In this document: positions 1 through 10,071 of the stretch, piece after piece
How the letters are laid out: each line of letters begins with the position of its first letter
How positions within the stretch are numbered: position 1 is the first letter of the stretch
DNA from: an uncultured Planctomycetota bacterium
GTDB lineage: Bacteria > Planctomycetota > Planctomycetia > Gemmatales > Gemmataceae
DNA length: 64,000 nt
Direction: 5' to 3'
NCBI GenBank assembly: GCA_963849325.1
Contig: CAWKHF010000002.1
Span: 64,001-128,000, forward strand
The notes under the pieces: generated by a model
What the model saw: only the letters and a program-made list of their open reading frames with translations
Databases searched by the model: none
Told to the model about the DNA's origin: nothing
Position numbers and translations under genes: made by a program

Positions 1-612
1 GACCTCAGCCCCGACGAACTGTGTGACGCCTTCCCGCGCGTCGTGCAGGGCGAGTATCGCATCACCGAACATCTCATGTTCGAGTGCCGCATCGAGTCGC
101 CAGCCGAGCGGCGAACGGTCCTGGGCCTCAACGAAATCGCCTTGCAGTCCGGGCCACCCTTTCACATGATCGAGCTGGACCTCCTCCTCGACGGCGAGGT
201 GGTGTCCGGCTACACCGGCGACGGCCTCATCGTCAGCACGCCGGTCGGCTCGACGGCGCACAGCCTGTCGGCGGGCGGCCCGATCCTCGGTCAGGAACTG
301 TCCGCCTTCGTCATCACTCCCATTTGCCCGCACACACTGACCAATCGTCCAGTGGTCGATAGCGCCGACAAGGTCTACACCATCGCGGTTCGCCGTCTGC
401 CTCCCAGCGCCAACCCTGTGCTGGTCATCGATGGACAGGAGCAGGGCCGGCTGACGGCCGAGCATCGGGTGACGGTGCGCAAGGCGCCGGTGTCGTTCCG
501 CCTGGTGAAGGTGCCCGGGCGCAGCTACTACCAGACGCTGCGCGACAAGCTGCACTGGGGAGCGCCGCCGAACTATCGCAGCGAACCATCGGCTACGGAC
601 GAACGTACCTAG
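1..612 (+). CDS. nadK: NAD kinase (5'-truncated by window edge)
   Basis: LNE motif, GDGLIVSTPVGSTAHSLSAGGP and TPICPHTL motifs of NAD kinases; the frame is open from base 1. Confidence 0.93.
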   Translation, partial: DLSPDELCDAFPRVVQGEYRITEHLMFECRIESPAERRTVLGLNEIALQSGPPFHMIELDLLLDGEVVSGYTGDGLIVSTPVGSTAHSLSAGGPILGQELSAFVITPICPHTLTNRPVVDSADKVYTIAVRRLPPSANPVLVIDGQEQGRLTAEHRVTVRKAPVSFRLVKVPGRSYYQTLRDKLHWGAPPNYRSEPSATDERT

Positions 613-623
613 GGTTGAGGTTT

Positions 624-675
624 GGTTTCGCCGCGACGCGCAGCGGAGCGCTCCGCTGCGCGTCGCGGCGAAACC
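624..675. repeat. Palindromic intergenic repeat, family A (gccgcgacgcgcagcggagcg...)
   Basis: Perfect inverted repeat; copies at 14797, 35041, 45160, 56608 and 62769. Confidence 0.9.
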
Positions 676-697
676 TAAACCGCAAACTCGAAACCCT

Positions 698-967
698 ATG
701 CTGGTGTGCAAGCGCGTGCTTTACTCGGGCCGGGTCCAGGGCGTGGGCTTTCGCTACACCGCCGAGGGGTTGGCCTCGGGCCATGCTGTCGCCGGCTACG
801 TGCGGAACCTGCCCAGCGGCGAGGTGGAGTTATTGGCCGAGGGCGAGACGGAGGCAGTCGAGGCGTTCCTCGCCGCGGTGGCGCAGCGCATGGCCGGTTA
901 CATCACGAATATGATGGTCCAGGACGCCGCGCCGACGGGACAGCACGATTTCCGGATTCGTCACTGA
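698..967 (+). CDS. acyP: Acylphosphatase
   Basis: GRVQGVGFR and GYVRNLPSGEVE signature motifs; 89 aa. Confidence 0.95.
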   Translation: MLVCKRVLYSGRVQGVGFRYTAEGLASGHAVAGYVRNLPSGEVELLAEGETEAVEAFLAAVAQRMAGYITNMMVQDAAPTGQHDFRIRH

Positions 968-1003
968 AGCGGCGACAACAAACGATTCTCTCAAAGGCAT
1001 CCC

Positions 1004-2239
1004 ATGACGTTCTCCTCGTCTACGTACTTCGTCGGCGTCTTGCTGATGCTGCTGCAGGTCCTGGCCGCCTGGCCCTGGGTGGTGCTGAGCTTCCTCAATC
1101 GAAATACACGGGATGCCTGGCGCCGCCAGCCGTTGACGCGAGAGAGAGTGCCGGTCTACGGTATCATCCTGGCGGTTATTCTGGTGGTCCCCGCTGTGTT
1201 TCACTTCCTGGTGCGAGAAGGCGCGACCCTGGAAGTGTGCGGCCAAATCTACGCGGCGGTCTTGCAGATCCAGCTGCTGATCGATGCCTTCCTCGGCGTC
1301 TTCGCACTGCTGCTGTTGATCTGGCCCAAGGGCGGAGCGATCGCCCTGGCCGCCTTCCGCGAGGGCGTGCGCCAGCCGATGTTCTGGCTGCTGTTCGGCG
1401 CCGCCTTCCTGGTTCATGTCCGGTCTCGCCCCTGATCCCCTACTTCACCTTCGGCGAAGACCATCTGATGGTCAAGGACATCGGCTATGACACCATCATG
1501 CTGGCCGCCGTCGTCTTCGGCGCCCTGGCGGCCAGCATGTCCATCAGCGAGGAGATCGAGGGCCGCACCGCCGTCACGCTGATGAGCAAGCCGGTGTCGC
1601 GGCGGCAGTTCCTGCTCGGCAAGTTCCTCGGCATCGTCCTGGCCGCCGCCGTGTTCTTTGCGCTGCTGGGCACGTACTTCGAGGGCGTGACGCTGTTCAA
1701 GCACTGGTGGGACAAGATCGGACCCGGAGCCGACGCCGGTGTGGGTGACGGCCACCCTCGAACGCTGGGCGTTGCCGGGCGTGACGACCGATCTGTTGCG
1801 CGGCCTCGGCCTGTGGATCAACCTGACGCTCGACACGGCCCCGGGCCTCCTCCTGGGCTTCTCGCAGGTGATGGTGCTGGTCGCCATCGCCGTGTCGCTG
1901 GCCACGCGCGTGCCCATGGTGGTCAACCTCGTCGCCGTGGTGGTGGTCTTCTTCCTCGCCCACCTGACGCCGGTGCTGGTGTCGATCGGCTACGCGCCTG
2001 CGCGGCCGACCCCGGCTCGGCGGTGTCGCAGATCCTCTACTTCATGGCCCAGCTCTTCGACACGCTCCTGCCCGACCTCGACCTGTTCCGCCTCGACCCC
2101 GCTCTGCTCAGCGAGACGCCCCTCGCCGCCGGTTGCCTTCGCCAAGTTCCTCGGCTCCGTGTCGCTGTACGGCCTGCTCTACACCTCCATCGTGCTGCTG
2201 TTCGGCCTGATCCTATTCGAGGACCGAGATCTCGCCTAG
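1004..2239 (+). CDS. ABC-2 type transporter permease (several frameshifts)
   Basis: Hydrophobic segments pieced together from ORFs 1004, 706 and 1739; ISEEIEGRTAVTLMSKPVSRRQFLLGKF motif; C-terminus FEDRDLA. Confidence 0.75.
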
Positions 2240-2246
2240 CCGCCCT

Positions 2247-2315
2247 TTTTCCGAGCCCGCAGCGTCAGCGAGGGAAAGAGCAAGCCCCCCTCGCTGACGC
2301 TGCGGGCTCGGAAAA
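2247..2315. repeat. Palindromic repeat, family B (gagcc(c/t)g(c/a)agcgt(c/a)agcga...)
   Basis: Long inverted repeat; related copies at 18739, 44264 and 46971. Confidence 0.88.
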
Positions 2316-2519
2316 TCTCGTGGGGACGGTAACGGTTTTGCCGCGGAGGGAGGACGGAGGATGGTGGCTGCCGAATGATTCGCTCGTGCAATGCGGGCGG
2401 ACTTTGCTAGAATCAGTTTCAGCGTCTGGGACCATTCTCCGAGGCGAAGAAGCGCCGGTCAGCACCGTCGGCCATCCGCGCGAGACGCACCTGGGGCTTC
2501 GGACTACGGATCGACACCT

Positions 2520-4675
2520 ATGGACCGCGAAGCCGAACGCGCCGCCTTCGCCAAGGCGTGTGCCTATCTGAATTACAAGCAAGGGGCCAAGTGGACCGCG
2601 CTGGCGGCCGCCGCTGGTACGGGAGTTGTCTACGTCGCCCTCCTCGTCGTGCTGTGGCTGTTCACCGATTTGATGGTCTACCGCGGCCGGCTGCCGACCT
2701 ATCACAGTCTGACGCCGTTGCAGCAGACGCTCTTCTTCCACGAGTGGAACGGACTCGACGAGGACGAGCGCAGGCAGCGTCTCCAAGACGTCGGCGCCTC
2801 GGAGGAGATGAGCCAGAAGCTGTTGTCCCAGAAGGCCGGGGCCGACCTGTCGCGCGAAGAGCTTCGGGTGCTGTGGCGGGCCCAGGTGCGGCGCATTCTC
2901 GATTTGCGACTACCGGGCACTCTGCAGGGCGTGGGGCAGGAGTCGGTCGATTACAACTCCGATCAAGGCATCAGCAGTCTCCTGGTCCGCGAACACACCG
3001 AAGGTCGCTTCCTCACGCCCCTGGTCGCTCGCCTGGCCTACTGGGATCCGTGGATGCGCAACGCCGGCAGCGGCGCCAACGCCCGCATCCCGCCGTATCT
3101 CGTCGGTCTGCTGCTCAGCGCCGTCGTCCTCAGCATCCTGGGGGCGGTCCTGTCGCTGCTGATGCGCGAGATGGCCGCTCGCGCCACCATCGAGGCGGCG
3201 ACGCGGCTGCGTCGCGCCGTCTACCACCACACCTTCCGCCTGGGCACGCTGGCTTTCCGGGCCTTGGGACCGACCGAGGCCGTCAGCATCTTCGCCCGCC
3301 ACATCGAGTCCGTCCACGACGCCCTGTTCCTTCGCCTGACCGTCTACTTCCGCGCTCCGATCCGCTTCGCCCTGCTGGTGGTCTTCGCTCTGTTCCTGTC
3401 GTTCTGGCTGGCCCTGGCCTTCCTGATGTTCGCCGTCCTGGTCTGGCTGATCGGCGGCCAGATCGCCGCCTACTTCCGTCGCACCGGCCGGCTCGCCACC
3501 AACCAGGCGTCCGAGCACCTGACCATCATGCGCGAGAGCCTCATGCTCATGCGCCTGGTCAAGTGCTACCTCATGGAGCCGTTCAACCAGAACCGCGTCG
3601 AGCGGCAGCTGTCGCGCCACGCCAAGGTGCAGCTGGTGCGCCTGCGCGGCGAGGCGATCTATCAACCGCTGCTGGTCCTCCTCGGCCTGCTCTGTGTCCT
3701 GCTGCTGCTGTTCGTGGCGGGACTTCTCGTGCTGTACGGCCATCTGACGGTGGCGGGCCTGGTGGCGCTGGCCACGGCGCTGGTGAGCCTGTATCGACCG
3801 CTGGAAAAGTGGCTGGAGGCGCGGCGGCTCATCCGCCGAGGCCGCGAGGCGGCCGATCACGTCTTCAAGTTCCTGGAGCGGCGAGGCGAGGTCGGCCAGG
3901 TCGTCGGCGCCGAGTTTCTGCCGCCGCTGGCCAAGCAGCTCGAATTCGACAACGTCAGCCTGCGCGAGCCGGGCAGCGGCCGAATGCTCCTGGAGGAGGT
4001 GACGCTGACCGTACCGGCTGGCAAGCGCATCGGCTTGATCGGCGCCGACGACCTGGAGAAGCACGCTCTGGTCTACCTGATTCCGCGACTGCTCGATCCG
4101 ACCAGCGGCGAGATCCGCATCGACCAGCACAACCTGCGCTGGGTGACGCTCGACTCGCTGCGGCGCAGACAGCCACGGTGCTGATGCACAACCTCGTCTT
4201 CCACGACACGGTGGCCAACAACATCGGCTGCGGCGACAACGCTTTTACGCTGGGCCAGATCATCGAGGCCGCCAAGGTGGCGCACGCGCACCACTTCATT
4301 CAGAAGCTGCCCAAGGGCTACGAGACGCCGATCGGCGAGTTGGGCCATCCGCTGACCATCAGCGAGCAGTTCCGCATCGCCCTGGCGCGGGCGATCCTGC
4401 GCGACCCCGCCCTGTTCATCATCGAGGAGCCGGAGACTACCCTCGACGAAGACACCAAGGCGATGCTCGACGACACCTGGTCGCGCGTGCTGCCCGGTCG
4501 CACCGCCATCTTCCTGCCGCACCGCATCTCCACCATCCGTTCCTGCGATGCGCTGTTCCTGCTGCACAGGGGCCGCGTCCACGCTTCCGGCGTTCACAAG
4601 GAATTGCTCGCCCAGGAGCCGCTGTACCGCCATCTGCACTATCTGGAGTTCAACGAAATCGCGGAACAGGTGTAA
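2520..4675 (+). CDS. ABC transporter, fused permease/ATP-binding (frameshift near 4165)
   Basis: N-terminal TM domain. The NBD has FIQKLPKGYETPIGE and RIALARAILRDP but degenerate Walker A (GADDLEKH) and signature (LTISEQ) motifs. Confidence 0.85.
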
Positions 4676-4705
4676 ATCGTCGTTCGTGGATCGTGAAAGG
4701 ACGTC

Positions 4706-5519
4706 ATGACATACGACCGTGAATTGCAGGCGGCCATCCAGGCGGCCGATCGAGCCAGCCGCGTTATCCTCGATGCCTACACGCAATTCCAAGCCATCCC
4801 GGACGCTCCCATCGACATTAGCACCGAAGCGGATCGGCTGGCCCAGGAAACCATCTTGAGCCATCTCAAAAGGTTGTTCCCCGGTGACGCTCTTTGTGCC
4901 GAGGAGCGGACGCCGGCACTGGTTGGTGTCGTCAGCATCGGGCCGCGCCTGTGGATCGTCGATCCCATCGACGGCACGCGCGGCTTCGCGCAAAAACGGC
5001 GAATTCTCGGTCATGATCGCCTTCGTCGAGAACGGCCAGATCGCCGTCGGCATCGTGGAGGAGCCGGCCAAGAGGCGCTGTACCTATGCGGTTCGGGGTC
5101 AGGGATGCTGGCGCCGTGACGGCGACGCCGCGCCGGCCGCCTGCCGAGTGACGGCCACGGCGGATCTGTCATCCGCCGTCATGGTGCAGAGCCATTCGCG
5201 CAAACCCGGCGAGCCTTCGCGCATGGATCAGGCAGTTCGACCGGGCCGCGTTGTCGAGACGTACTCGGCGGGGATCAAGCTGGCGATGGTGGCACGAGGC
5301 GAGGTCGATCTGTACGTCAACGATTACACCCAGTTCCACGACTGGGACATCGCGGCCGGCCACATTCTCGTGGCGGAAGCCGGCGGCACGGTAACGGGAC
5401 TACATGGTCAGGAACTGCGTTACGGCCTGCCGGAAGCGTGGCAGCGTTTCGGCCTGCTGGGCAGCAACGGGCGCGTTCACGCCGAGGCGCTGAAGCGCCT
5501 CGAAGGATTGCAACTCTGA
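4706..5519 (+). CDS. cysQ: 3'(2'),5'-bisphosphate nucleotidase / inositol monophosphatase family (frameshift near 4995)
   Basis: TEAD, WIVDPIDGTRGF and WDIAAGH motifs, plus SHSR and SAGIKLAMVARGEVDLY typical of CysQ. Confidence 0.8.
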
Positions 5520-5562
5520 AAGGACCAACAGGGGGCTTACGCCCCCTGCTCGCCCGTCTTGC

Positions 5563-6912
5563 TTAGCAATACACGAATGCCCCAAAGCGCTCGCGCAGCC
5601 CCTGCTGTTCCGTCGATCCGATGTCGTTGCGCAACAAATCAAGGCGAGCCAATTTTGCCAGGTGAGGCGAGTCGATCAAGTCCCGCGCTCCTGCGCTGGT
5701 GATGCGATTGGCAGTGAGGTTGAGCCACGTCAATTCGCCGAGCGTCCGCGATTGGGCGATGGCCCGCACGCCGCGATCGCCGACGCCGTTGGAGCGCAGG
5801 TGGAGTGCGCGCAGCTTCGCGCAGCGCGAGGAGTTGGCCACAGCGGCGGTCCCGGCGTCGCCGCTGATGTTGCCGAACAGGTCGAGGGAAATCAATTCCG
5901 TTAGCGCGGGAGATTCGGCGAGCGCTTGCATGCCGGCGGAGTGAATGTGGTTGTGCCGCAGTGTCAGCCGCGTCAGCCGCGGCAAGGCGGGCCACCTCCG
6001 TAGCGCCAGTGCGCCGGGATCGCCCAGGACGTTGGCGTCGAGTTGGAGTCGCTCCAGCCGTGATAACAAACCGCCTTCCACCAGGATCGGAATGGCCTCG
6101 TGGGTCAAGCGATTGCCGTTCAGGTTCAGCTCGGTCAGGTTGGCCAGGGAGGAGGAGTGGGCCAGCACGCGCAGATTGTCCAGCGTCAGGCCGGTGTGTG
6201 CGAGGTTCAACGTGCGCAGACTGTCGAGGTACGGCGTCTCGGCGAGAGCGCGAACGATCCGCGCGGACAATTGATTATCGCTGAGATCGAGGCGGAGCAG
6301 ACGCGGAGAATGCGGCGATTCGCTCCAGGCGAAAAGGATGTCCTCATCCAGGTAGACACGGGATAATCGCAATTCGGTCAACTGTCGCAAGTAGGGCGAA
6401 GCCGCGAACGCCTGCAGGTCGGGCCGGCTCAGGCTGAGGTGCATCAAGGTCAAGCCGGAGAGACGAGCCAGGTACGGCGATTGCACCACCCGGGCGACCA
6501 GGCCGTCTGGCCCCGACCCTTCCGAGAACAGGGAGAGAGAGGAACGCTCGCGCTGCCGCAGCGTGAGATGGCGAATGGGGGCTTGCGCGAAGAGAGGATC
6601 GGCCCAGAGGAGAAATTCCTCCGGCGTTAGAGTGATTTGCTCGGCGAAGCCGCGACGGAAACACCACGGCCACAGGAGGCTTCCGGGCGGCAGCCATTGC
6701 GATTGGTGCTCTTGCAGTAGTTCCCGCTCGCGCTGTTCCAGCGGCCAGCGGCGTGGGTCGTCGTCGTCGAGGCGAGCGAGGGCGCACTGGACGCGGATGA
6801 ACTCGCCGCGCGGATGGTCGTGCTCTTCCAGCCAATCGGCGTAGATCAGGCGCGGCGCATCGTCGTTGGGATGCGTCCGGATGTCGTGCAGAAAGGCGTC
6901 CGTGATGCCCAT
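5563..6912 (-). CDS. TIGR02996-domain leucine-rich repeat protein
   Basis: N-terminal P.DDAPRLIYADWLEE...RGEFIRVQC and RRGF motifs, followed by multiple ribonuclease-inhibitor-like LRRs. Confidence 0.92.
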   Translation of the reverse strand: MGITDAFLHDIRTHPNDDAPRLIYADWLEEHDHPRGEFIRVQCALARLDDDDPRRWPLEQRERELLQEHQSQWLPPGSLLWPWCFRRGFAEQITLTPEEFLLWADPLFAQAPIRHLTLRQRERSSLSLFSEGSGPDGLVARVVQSPYLARLSGLTLMHLSLSRPDLQAFAASPYLRQLTELRLSRVYLDEDILFAWSESPHSPRLLRLDLSDNQLSARIVRALAETPYLDSLRTLNLAHTGLTLDNLRVLAHSSSLANLTELNLNGNRLTHEAIPILVEGGLLSRLERLQLDANVLGDPGALALRRWPALPRLTRLTLRHNHIHSAGMQALAESPALTELISLDLFGNISGDAGTAAVANSSRCAKLRALHLRSNGVGDRGVRAIAQSRTLGELTWLNLTANRITSAGARDLIDSPHLAKLARLDLLRNDIGSTEQQGLRERFGAFVYC

Positions 6913-7059
6913 GCGCGTCTTCTTCGTCGCGGAGAATCCCGGATAGGGCCATCGCTCTATTGTAGGAACCCGCGACGAGAGCGCCTGTGCGTGGAGAGTG
7001 CTTTTCCCTGCCGTTGCTGGCCCTCGTTCCGCCGGGATGATTTCCGACCGAGGGCTCCG

Positions 7060-8126
<1,067 letters not shown>

Positions 8127-8133
8127 GCCTCGT

Positions 8134-8913
8134 TCACCCCGGATGGGCCTGCAAAAGGGCCAGGACTTCGTCGTGCAGTTTGCCGTTGCTGATGAGCACG
8201 TCGGGGCTGTGGATGTTCGGCTGGCCGCTCCAGTCGCTGAAGCGACCGCCAGCCTCCTCGACGAGCGGCTGGATGGCGGCCACGTCCCAGGCATGTACGC
8301 CATGCTCGATCATCACTTCGCCCGAACCCTGGGCCACCAGAACGTGCCCGTAGTAATCGCCGAAGCCGCGCTGCCGCTCCGTGCGCCGGGTCAATTCCAG
8401 AAACGCTTCCTGACGGCCCGCCTTGAGGAACCACGACAGGCTGGAATAAAAGAGCATCGACCGTGACAGATCGGCCACGTCCGAGACGCGGATGCGGCCA
8501 TCGTTGCGATACGCTCCATCGCCGCGGAGTGCCCGGTAGGTATGTCCCAGGGCCGGCACGTCGGCGACGCCGACGATCACCTCCTCGCGGTATTCCAGGC
8601 CGACGAGGGTGGCCCACAGAGGAATGCCGCGGACGAAGTTGCGCGTGCCGTCGATGGGATCGATGATCCAGCGGAAGCCGGATGAGCCGGGCGTGTCGCC
8701 GAACTCTTCACCGAGGAAGCCGTCGCCCGGGAAGGCGCCGAGCAGCGTCTGCCGCAGCAGTTGCTCGGCCTCGCGGTCGGCCACGGTGACGGGACTGCAA
8801 TCGGCCTTCCATTCGACCTGGAACGAGCCGTCGAAATAGCGCAGGGCCAGCTGCCCGGCCTTGTGAGCCGCCTCGACGGCCAACTCGTAGCGGCTTCGCC
8901 ATTCCGGGTTCAC
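8134..8913 (-). CDS. hisN: Histidinol-phosphatase, inositol monophosphatase family
   Basis: KAD.SPVTVADREAE, GEEFG, WIIDPIDGT and RGFGDYY...WDVAA motifs. Confidence 0.8.
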   Translation of the reverse strand: MNPEWRSRYELAVEAAHKAGQLALRYFDGSFQVEWKADCSPVTVADREAEQLLRQTLLGAFPGDGFLGEEFGDTPGSSGFRWIIDPIDGTRNFVRGIPLWATLVGLEYREEVIVGVADVPALGHTYRALRGDGAYRNDGRIRVSDVADLSRSMLFYSSLSWFLKAGRQEAFLELTRRTERQRGFGDYYGHVLVAQGSGEVMIEHGVHAWDVAAIQPLVEEAGGRFSDWSGQPNIHSPDVLISNGKLHDEVLALLQAHPG

Positions 8914-8976
8914 GACATCTCCTTACGAATGCCCTAGACCGCAGCGTTTGTTTTACGGCAAGGCGGGGTGTCTGTC

Positions 8977-9186
8977 TTCCGAAAGCCGCTTGCGGCTTAG
9001 CGTAGCGAGAACGCTAAGTGTCTGTCCCGTAAGCCCCTCTCCTCCTGTACTCAGGGGGAGAGGGGTTGGGGTGAGGGGGTGCGGTTTCCCAGGGCTTGCC
9101 GCCCCCTCACCCCCAACCCCTCTCCCCCGAGTACGGGGGAGAGGGGCTTACCGGACAGACGCTAAGCCGCAAGCAGCTTTCGGAAC
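8977..9186. mobile_element. Nested palindromic element: 145-bp MITE-like unit (9018-9162) flanked by TAA duplications inside another hairpin repeat
   Basis: Inner terminal inverted repeats gtgtctgtcc..gtaagcccctctcc / ggagaggggcttac..ggacagacgc; TAA at 9015-9017 and 9163-9165; removing the unit restores the outer hairpin. Confidence 0.75.
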
Positions 9187-9250
9187 AGGCTCTGAAGTTG
9201 GAGATGGCCCCGGATTTGCACTATGATCCTCGGATCAAAGGAGGTGCAAC

Positions 9251-9559
9251 ATGGCCGATGACAGGATACGCGAACAGACCATCGGGGAGACGCAGACGGG
9301 CGACCAGCCGGAGAACGTCCCACTGGAAGAACCCCTCCCCAGCACGAACGACCCGGGCGGAGCGCGATCCAAGGGCTACTCCGCCGAGCAGCGGCCGAAG
9401 GCGGATGTCAAGAAGGAAGGGCCGCTGCCCCTGGTGCCCGGTCACGATACCGGGTCCGAGGTCCAGCAGCCCGAACGTGACGGCAAGGTGCAACCCACAG
9501 GGCGAAGTGAACCGGGCGCGTACACCCCCAATGACCGCTTGATGGGTTCCGATCGGTGA
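9251..9559 (+). CDS. Small hydrophilic hypothetical protein
   Basis: Strong RBS (aaggaggt) upstream of the ATG; GC-rich third positions; 102 aa, acidic and Pro/Gly-rich. Confidence 0.7.
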   Translation: MADDRIREQTIGETQTGDQPENVPLEEPLPSTNDPGGARSKGYSAEQRPKADVKKEGPLPLVPGHDTGSEVQQPERDGKVQPTGRSEPGAYTPNDRLMGSDR

Positions 9560-9614
9560 TAGGACTAAGATAAAAAAGATCTTTTTTGTCTGAATAATTA
9601 TACATGACTGCGGA

Positions 9615-9655
9615 GAAAAGAAAAAAGGCGATCCTCGGGGGAGCGAGGATCGCCT
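9615..9655 (-). terminator. Intrinsic terminator
   Basis: Minus strand reads AGGCGATCCTCG-CTCCCC-CGAGGATCGCCT followed by TTTTTCTTTTC. Confidence 0.85.
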
Positions 9656-9889
9656 CTGCACGGGGGCCACAGGCCGGAACACGGAGGGGATGGAATGGCG
9701 AGCGGGGGAGGCCGCCATTCGTCGGGCATCTGCCCGGCGTCCGTCCGCGCATCTGGGGGGACAGACACAAGGACGAAGGGCAAACCGGGTTGGCCCTATC
9801 CGGACGCCGCATTCGCAAGCCAACGGACGAACTCTCGCGGGGGAGCGAAAGTCACTCGGCCGCCTCGCGCCGTGCGTCCGGACAACACC
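9620..9889 (-). ncRNA. Candidate sigma54-dependent sRNA with repeated UCCCCC hairpin loops
   Basis: Bounded by a sigma54 promoter and a terminator; four hairpins with UCCCCC loops; no convincing ORF. Confidence 0.65.
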
Positions 9890-9899
9890 TTTCCCTGAA

Positions 9900-9916
9900 A
9901 GCAACTCGAATGCCAA
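9900..9916 (-). promoter_or_regulatory. Sigma54 (-24/-12) promoter
   Basis: Minus strand TTGGCATTCGAGTTGCT, with exact GG-N10-GC spacing. Confidence 0.75.
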
Positions 9917-10071
9917 TGCCGCGGGCCGTCGGGCACAAAATAGAGACGAACGACCCAACTTTCAAACATGGTGACAGTTGCGGCAGCACGTTCGGTACGG
10001 CGGTGGGATGGAAGGCGGATGAGCCACCGGGCGGCTTGTAAATGGTGCCGGCGTCCTTGTAAGTCCTGCCC

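Noticed and set aside
9626-9850. Plus-strand CsrB/RsmZ-like RNA with GGGGGA loops
   Set aside because: Both the promoter and the U-tailed terminator point to the minus strand, and the loops do not fit ANGGA well. Not fully excluded.
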